A stretch of 30,005 bases of DNA from Macrostomum lignano. Its lineage: Eukaryota. The stretch is taken from assembly GCA_002269645.1 (NCBI GenBank), contig NIVC01001137.1, forward strand, positions 1 through 30,005, read 5' to 3'. The notes under the pieces are model-generated. The model saw only the letters and a program-made list of their open reading frames with translations. It made no database searches and had not been told where the DNA came from. Position 1 is the first letter of the stretch. Every line of letters starts with the position of its first letter. Positions 22,653 through 30,005 of the stretch are shown one piece after another. A program made the translations under genes and the position numbers.

Positions 22653-23777
22653 ATGCGTCGACCTCAGCTCCAGTCGTTGCCGCGACTTCGCCGACTCATC
22701 GATCGGGGCCGACGTCGCGGACGACGCAAGCTTCGTTTGCTGACGCCGCCGCCCTACAATTACAAGTCGGATTGCGCCGGAGCGCAGAAGCTGTTCTACA
22801 TCGGCTTTGTCCTGTCCTCAATCGCAAGCGTTGTCTTTCTGATCAGCTTCGTGTTCAACAGCGGCAGCGGTGGTGCCAAAGCTGGGGGAGCCGACGAGCT
22901 GTCTGATGGCAACTCGACTCTGGCGACCCCGCTGCCTGACGCTCGGCCTTCGACTGCTGGCAGCGGAAGACGACAGCTGGGCCTGTTTGAGACCTTGGCT
23001 CTGCTGTGCTCAGCTTTCGGTCTCTGCTTAATTGCCGGAGTCTTCTTGTGTGGCCTGTACGTTACACGACGCATGAAAGACATGGATGAGGAGAAGCTCA
23101 TAGCGACAGGAGGTGCAGGGTCCTCCAGACAAGGCTGCTGGGACGCTGATGACGAGGATGACGACTGCGAGGATGACGCGACTCAGACAACGGAGACTCC
23201 GGCTGGTGAACTGTCGTCCTACTCGATTGCGTCCGCTGTGGGGAGTGCGGCTCAGCAGGTTCGTTCTGGGCTGGTAAATCAGTCAGTCAGTCAGTCAGTC
23301 AGTCAGTCAGTCAGTCAGTCAGTCAGTCAGTCAGTCAGTCAGTCAGTCAGTCAGTCAGTCAGTCAGTCAGTCAGTCAGTCAGTCAGTCAGTCAGTCCATC
23401 ACTCACTCACTCAGAGGGCCGGACTCTGCACCGAGTGCGGCTGCCGCAGGACTTCCGATCGTCAGGGCGCTGACGACGAGCAGCAGGTGGAAGATCTTGA
23501 CGAAGATCTCGACTTAGACGACGAAGAGGACGACGAAGATCTGGACAATACTCGAGCGACCCGAACGTCAGTCGACTCAAACGAATCCGAAATGAAATCT
23601 TCGAATAATCCTGCCGAGGCTGCTGTACGTCAAGCGTTGAACTCGAACGTTCCTCGTCGCCTGCGACGATGCACCTGCGCTCAGATCAGCACCGTGTCCA
23701 GGCTGTCAGATCGGTTCGCTTGTCGAGACTCCGCGTCAGTTTTTGAAACCTCTGACCAGTCTATTGCGTTCTTCTGA
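22653..23777 (+). CDS. Unknown 2-TM membrane protein with an N-terminal PPPY motif and acidic tail (374 aa unspliced; 327 aa if 23274..23414 is an intron)
   Basis: ATG-initiated GC-rich ORF with two hydrophobic segments (LFYIGFVLSSIASVVFLISFVF; LALLCSAFGLCLIAGVFLCGLYV), D/E tracts and Cys motifs. I do not recognise the family. Confidence 0.65.
   Translation: MRRPQLQSLPRLRRLIDRGRRRGRRKLRLLTPPPYNYKSDCAGAQKLFYIGFVLSSIASVVFLISFVFNSGSGGAKAGGADELSDGNSTLATPLPDARPSTAGSGRRQLGLFETLALLCSAFGLCLIAGVFLCGLYVTRRMKDMDEEKLIATGGAGSSRQGCWDADDEDDDCEDDATQTTETPAGELSSYSIASAVGSAAQQVRSGLVNQSVSQSVSQSVSQSVSQSVSQSVSQSVSQSVSQSVSQSVHHSLTQRAGLCTECGCRRTSDRQGADDEQQVEDLDEDLDLDDEEDDEDLDNTRATRTSVDSNESEMKSSNNPAEAAVRQALNSNVPRRLRRCTCAQISTVSRLSDRFACRDSASVFETSDQSIAFF
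23274..23414 (+). other. Probable 141-nt phase-0 intron filled by ~29 copies of TCAG
   Basis: CTG|gtaaat ... cactcactcag|AGG; length is 3x47 and it contains no in-frame stop. Confidence 0.55.
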
Positions 23778-23959
23778 CACGATAGCGGTCTGTCTCGGAT
23801 GTTTTGAAGTAGCTAATTGATTTTATGACTAAACAGACCTGATGGCTTGGAGACAATACGTACTGTTTACTGATCCCTGATGTACACAGTTTCGACTGAG
23901 AAGCTACCACTGTTTTATGCACTTAGATACAGCTTGTGTTTATAACTGAATGCTTTTAT

Positions 23960-24880
23960 TGTGTTTAAGACTGGCTGTTTAATGTGTTTTTATATGACTG
24001 CTTAATTTGTTTATGACTAAATCTTTGATGTTTTTATGGCTGGATGTTTGATGTGTTTATGACTGAATGTTTGATGTGTTTATGACTGGCTGCTTGGTGT
24101 GTTTATGACTGAATGTTTGATGTGTTTATGACTGAATGTTTGATGTGTTTATGACTGGCTGTTTGATCTGTTTGATGTGTTTATGACTGGCTGTTTGATC
24201 TGTTTGATGTGTTTATGACTGGCTGCTTGGTGTGTTTATGACTGGATGTTTGATGTGTTTATGACTGGATTTTTGATGTGTTTATGACTGGATGTTTGAT
24301 GTGTTTATGACTGGATGTTTGATGTGTTTATGACTGGATGTTTGATGTGTTTATGACTGGATGTTTGATGTGTTTATGACTGGCTGCTTGATGTGTTTAT
24401 GACTGGCTGTTTGATCTGTTTGATGTGTTTATGACCGGATTTTTGATGTGTTTATGACTGGCTGTTTGATCTGTTTGATGTGTTTATGACCGGATTTTTT
24501 ATGTGTTTATGACTGGCTGCTTGGTGTGTTTATGACTGAATGTTTGATGTGTTTATGACCGGATGTTTGATGTGTTTATGACTGGCTGTTTGATCTGTTT
24601 GATGTGTTTATGACTGGCTGTTTGATCTGTTTGATGTGTTTATGACTGGCTGTTTGATGTGTTTATGACTGGCTGCTTGGTGTGTTTATGACTGGCTGCT
24701 TGGTGTGTTTATGACTGAATGTTTGATGTGTTTATGACTGGCTGCTTGATGTGTTTATGACTGGATGTTTGATGTGTTTATGACTGGATGTTTGATGTGT
24801 TTATGACTGGATTTTTGATGTGTTTATGACTGGCTGTTTCAATTGTTGATTTATGAATGCTTAATTTGTTTATGACTGGA
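23960..24880. repeat. 23-bp satellite, subtype TGATGTGTTTATGACTGGATGTT
   Basis: Read directly. Confidence 0.93.
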
Positions 24881-24884
24881 TTCT

Positions 24885-25652
24885 TGATGTGTTTACATAA
24901 GAATGCTTGATGTGTTTACATAAGAATGCTTGATGTGTTTACATATGAATGCTTGATGTGTTTACATTACATACCAGGGTAAGAATGCTTGATGTGTTTA
25001 CGTATGAATGCTTGATGTGTTTACATAAGAATGCTTGATGTGTTTACATATGAATGCTTGATGTGTTTACATTACATAAGAATGCTTGATGTGTTTACAT
25101 AAGAATGCTTGATGTGTTTACATATGAATGTTTGATGTGTTTACATTACATAAGAATGCTTGATGTGTTTACATAAGAATGCTTGATGTGTTTACATAAG
25201 AATGCTTGATGTGTTTACATAAGAATGCTTGATGTGTTTACATAAGAATGCTTGATGTGTTTACATATGAATGCTTGATGTGTTTACATAAGAATGCTTG
25301 ATGTGTTTACATATGAATGCTTGATGTGTTTACATTACATAAGAATGCTTGATGTGTTTACATATGAATGCTTGATGTGTTTACATATGAATGCTTGATG
25401 TGTTTACATAAGAATGCTTGATGTGTTTACATATGAATGCTTGATGTGTTTACATTACATAAGAATGCTTGATGTGTTTACATAAGAATGCTTGATGTGT
25501 TTACATATGAATGCTTGATGTGTTTACATTACATAAGAATGCTTGATGTGTTTACATAAGAATGCTTGATGTGTTTACATATGAATGCTTGATGTGTTTA
25601 CATAAGAATGCTTGATGTGTTTACATATGAATGCTTGATGTGTTTACATATG
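24885..25652. repeat. 23-bp satellite, related subtype TGATGTGTTTACATA(A/T)GAATGCT, with 28-bp ACATTACAT variants
   Basis: Read directly. Confidence 0.95.
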
Positions 25653-26124
25653 ATTTTATTATTTTATTATTTTATTCTTAGCCATGGTGTGTTTATCTCT
25701 ACTCCGTAAATAATTATTGATCGATTGGTTAGCATCATCAAGATGCTGTAACTAGCAAAAGAATGTCGCCAACATCAAAGAGATTCTGTAGATAAAAATT
25801 AGTTCAGCACAAGCCATCATTCATGATCAAGCAAAGATTTCTCAGAGTGATCCGCAGAGCAGAGTAAGAAGTCAAAGCCGGGGTTGGGTACTCTTGGGAA
25901 ATCTCGATTGGAGATCTCGGACAACAGAAAAGAACCAAAGCATCCATTTTTGTTCAACTTCTTCCTTCCAAGCATGCTTTTTTCCCTTAGGGTTAGGGTT
26001 GTCTTGGAATTCTATTTGTTCGTGCGATTATGGCATTTCCCAATGCTCAGGCGTACCAAGTATTGATTATTTAGTCCTCTGAGTACTGGGTAGCTGTGCC
26101 ACTCTGTATTTCGTAAGGCTTCTC

Positions 26125-26575
26125 TTCCCTCCCTCTCATTCTTCTCACCCTCTCTCCCCTCCATGTCATTCTTCTCACCCTCTCTCCCCTCCCTCCCATT
26201 CTTCTCACCCTCTCTCCCCTCCCTCCCATTCTTCTCACCCTCTCTCCCCTCCCTCCCATTCTTCTCACCCTCTCTCCCCTCCCTCCCATTCTTCTCACCC
26301 TCTCTCCCCTCCCTCCCATTCTTCTCACCCTCTCTTCCGTCCTCTCATTCTTCTCACCCTCTCTCCCCTCCCTCCCATTCTTCTCACCCTCTCTTCCGTC
26401 CTCTCATTCTTCTCACCCTCTCTCCCCTCCCTCTCATTCGTCTCACCCTCTCTCCCCTCCATCTCATTCGTCTCACCCTCTCTCCCCTCCCTCCCATTCT
26501 TCTCACCCTCTCTCCCCTCCCTCCCATTCTTCTCACCCTCTCTCCCCTCCCTCTCGTTCGTCTCATCCTCTCCTT
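26125..26575. repeat. 30-bp CT-rich minisatellite CTTCTCACCCTCTCTCCCCTCCCTCCCATT
   Basis: Read directly. Confidence 0.95.
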
Positions 26576-27061
26576 CACTCTCTCATCTAAATTCCTTTTC
26601 CTTCCATCTTTTCTCTGTGTAAATCTGTATTCCCTTACCTTCTTTCATCCTGATATTACTGATCAAAAGTCTGGAATCACTGCCGCTAAGAACTCAGTTT
26701 ATTTGAGCAGCAATATTTTCCTGTTGTAAAATTTAACAGCACCAAACCATAAAAAGCTTATTAAGTATGATAGCTCAATCATTTTCTAGCAACCACAGGG
26801 CTAGATATAAGGCCAAGAGACAGACGCATGAGACCAGCGGAGTGTATCCAGAATCATGTTATTTGATCGAGTACCTCATCATTCGCTCAATCGCTCATTT
26901 TACTATCTGAATCTGTGGCAGAAGATGATCAGCTTTCCAGATTTGATGCATTAACTGGCTTAAGAGAACTAATTTCCTGTTTGACTAGAGAAAATACGTT
27001 TTTTGTATGATGAGCACTGTCTGCTTCCAGGGTCTGCCAAAGACCTCTGATAACTCTATGG

Positions 27062-28412
27062 GTCTCCCAATGACCTTGGTTTGGTCAAGGGTTTCCCAAT
27101 AACCTTGGTTTGGTCAAGGGTTTCCCAAATAACCTTGGTTTGGTCAAGGATTTCCCAATAACCTTGGTTTGGTCAAGGATTTTCCAGTGACCTTGGTTTG
27201 GTCTAGGGTTTCCCAATGACTTTGGTTTGATCAAGGGTTTTCCAATGACCTTGGTTTGGTCAAGGGTTTCCCAATAACCTTGGTTTGGTCAAGGGTTTCC
27301 CAAATAACCTTGGTTTGGTCAAGGGTTTCCCAATAACCTTGGTTTGGTCAAGGATTTTCCAGTGACCTTGGTTTGGTCTAGGGTTTCCCAATGACTTTGG
27401 TTTGATCAAGGCTTTTCCAATGACCTTGGTTTGGTCAAGGGTTTCCCAATGACCTTGGTTTGGTCAAGGATTTTCCAGTGACCTTGGTTTGGTCAAGGGT
27501 TTCCCAATGACCTTGGTTTGGTCAAGGATTTTCCAGTGACCTTGGTTTGGTCAAGGGTTTCCCAATAACCTTGGTTTGGTCAAGGGTTTCCCAATAACCT
27601 TGGTTTGGTCAAGGATTTTCCAGTGACCTTGGTTTGGTCTAGGGTTTCCCAATGACTTTGGTTTGATCAAGGGTTTTCCAATGACCTTGGTTTGGTCAAG
27701 GGTTTCCCAATGACCTTGGTTTGGTCAAGGATTTCCCAATAACTTTGGTTTGGTCAAGGGTTTTCCCAATGACCTTGGTTTGGTCAAGGGTTTCCCAATG
27801 ACCTTGGTTTGGTCAAGGATTTTCCAGTGACCTTGGTTTGGTCAAGGGTTTCCCAATGACCTTGGTTTAGTCAAGGGTTTCCCAATGACCTTGGTTTGGT
27901 CAAGGAATTTTTCCCAATAACCTTGGTTTGGTCAAGGGTTTCCCAATGACCTTGGTTTGGTCAAGGGTTTCCCAATGACCTTGGTTTGGTCAAGGGTTTC
28001 CCAATAACCTTGGTTTGGTCAAGGATTTCCCAATGACCTTGGTTTGGTCAAGGGTTTCCCAATAACCTTGGTTTGGTTAAGGGTTTCCCAATGACCTTGG
28101 TTTGGTCAAGGGTTTCCCAATGACCTCGGTTTGTTCAAGGGTTTCCAAATGACCTTGGTTTGGTCAAGGGTTTTCCAATGACCTTGGTTTGGTCAAGGGT
28201 TTCCCAATAACCTTGGTTTGGTCAAGGATTTCCCAATGACCTTGGTTTGGTCAAGGGTTTCCCAATAACCTTGGTTTGGTTAAGGGTTTCCCAATGACCT
28301 TGGTTTGGTCAAGGGTTTCCCAATGACCTCGGTTTGTTCAAGGGTTTCCAAATGACCTTGGTTTGGTCAAGGGTTTTCCAATGACTTTGGTTTGGTGAAG
28401 GGTTTCCCAATA
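27062..28412. repeat. 29-bp satellite GACCTTGGTTTGGTCAAGGGTTTCCCAAT, ~46 copies
   Basis: Read directly; head-to-tail, no spacers. Confidence 0.97.
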
Positions 28413-29132
28413 ACTCTCTTATAGCTACATGGGTTTTCCAACGAGTGTTGCTGGGAGTTCCCTCGCCAATTTTCGTTCCTTCCGAGGCTTGCCAACTACC
28501 CGTTTTATTTTCCAGCTCGAGAAAAAAACTTTTTTGGCATCAAGTGTGCGAGCTGTAGTGGCGACATTCTAAGTCAAATTTTCGGGGCCAAAATCCCATG
28601 AGGAAAAACTGGCCCCTGCAGTCGACAAGAGATCTAGCGGAGCACTTTTACAGAGATCGAGACCAGACAGCGAGGGAGGGAGAGAGAGAGACTTGGAACA
28701 GCCTCCCACCATGGAGACTCGATCGCACCACTTGTCACTCTCTATCTGCAGGAAACGAACTACAGCAATTTCCTTCCAAAGGGGAGTTGGCGGCCCTTCT
28801 AATTGACTATAAATAAATGAATCGACACACAGAGAGACAGAGAGAGAAATCGACAGATGGAGCAGAGGGAGTTTTGCGCGCGTGTGTGTTGGAGAGTTGC
28901 AGAAATTAAAACTGTTAAAAAACTTCGTCTATTAGTACTACACCAAATCATTCTCTTATAGATGTAATTCATCTTAACAAATTGGTGTCCAGATATATGT
29001 AGAATACTTTTCATCGATTTAATATAAGTTATGCAATAAGGCCTGACTATAAATGTAGAGGCTAATTTATTGCCAATGACTGACCTACTGTATTGTCTAC
29101 TCTACCGCCTATCAAATGCCTACTATGCTGCC

Positions 29133-29328
29133 TAAGGAGATAATCTCAGCTAGGAATCTCACACTTAGGAAAGATAATCTCAGCTAGGAATCTAACACTT
29201 AGGGAAGATAATCTCAGCTAGGAATCTCACATTTAGAAAGGATAATCTCAGCTAGGAATCTCACTCCTAGGGGAGATAATCTCAGCTGGGAATCTCACAC
29301 CTAGGGGAGATAATCTCAGATAGAAATC
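29133..29328. repeat. 34-bp tandem repeat GATAATCTCAGCTAGGAATCTCACACTTAGGAAA-like, ~6 copies
   Basis: Period measured at 29139, 29173 and 29207. Confidence 0.9.
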
Positions 29329-30005
29329 TGCCTGAAAACAGATGGAAGCATAATGAGAGCACACTTCTCAGACTCCACATGCCTAACAAATCAGTCATTA
29401 CAGAACAGCAACAGTGGCAGATGAGCAAATTACAGATGAGCTTACATAACCCGAAACCGGGTGCTCAGCAGGCTAACTCTAATGAGCTCTGCTGTGGGCC
29501 AGCACTGCTCAGAATGAAATTACAGGGAGAAGAGATGCATAGGACTACTGGAGCATGCTACTACATGTATAGGTAATAAACTTAGCAACTCTGCCAGTTG
29601 ATAAGGGGAGCGAGTTGCACACAGCTCTCGGGCCAAGCTAAGCTGCAGCTAGGCCCTCTAAAAATTGGCTTTCTGTACATGCCGATCTTGCTGGCTGTCA
29701 ATAATTGAGGAGCAAAGTGAGGCGCTCATCTCGTAGAGGTTGACTTGCATGTTAGTTAAGGCAGGAGGTGTCGTTACGCCCTCAACACTTTGAGCACTAA
29801 AAAAGCCTGTATGTATACACATTAGTAATGCTCCTTGGATCACTCAAGGAGGCTCAGAGTCAGAACCTGGAGTGCCAGCTCCTCCCCATAAAGCCACCTA
29901 ATAATAATATAATACATTTGTAATAGAGGCAGAAGCTGGCGCACCCTGGCGCACTGCACTTTAAGCGGCATTGTCACACAACCGGCGAGAACCATTACTG
30001 CCGCC

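Noticed and set aside
25986-26000. TTAGGG telomeric repeat
   Set aside because: Only two copies; expected by chance.
29658-29792. Possible terminal exon of a minus-strand gene beyond the window
   Set aside because: An acceptor-like TTTTTTAG exists, but there is no recognisable protein similarity.

Overview
Eukaryotic (invertebrate animal) genomic DNA; by my estimate about one third is tandem repeat. The sequence style (short GT-AG introns, many unrelated 15-34 bp minisatellites, homopolymer indels) would fit a long-read assembly of a free-living flatworm such as Macrostomum, but I cannot verify the taxon. Main content: (1) The 5' part of a minus-strand caveolin gene. One exon carries the caveolin signature (VQFEDIIAEP, 269..192). 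Three separate upstream exons (510..361, 3175..2798, 7175..6786) each end in the homologous D-x-x-x-R-D-P/K-x-x-I/L-N-x-H-x-K/N motif at a phase-0 GT donor, which looks like three alternative first exons feeding one shared caveolin body. (2) A 1,987-bp internally deleted P-superfamily DNA transposon (7332..9318) with perfect 35-bp TIRs, a 7-bp TSD and THAP plus C-terminal transposase remnants, inserted 156 bp upstream of the distal caveolin exon. (3) A tandem trio of intronless, divergent DEG/ENaC channel genes on the minus strand. One is intact, two carry frameshifts; all have a non-canonical HG motif and only 8 ectodomain cysteines, and two share a near-identical TM2/C-tail. (4) A head-to-head orphan 2-TM protein gene with a PPPY motif and a probable microsatellite-filled in-frame intron. 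(5) Many satellites, including one family present as two inverted arrays. The ORF track uses GTG/TTG starts, which I ignored; the long ORFs in repeats are artefacts. No rRNA, tRNA or CRISPR seen.
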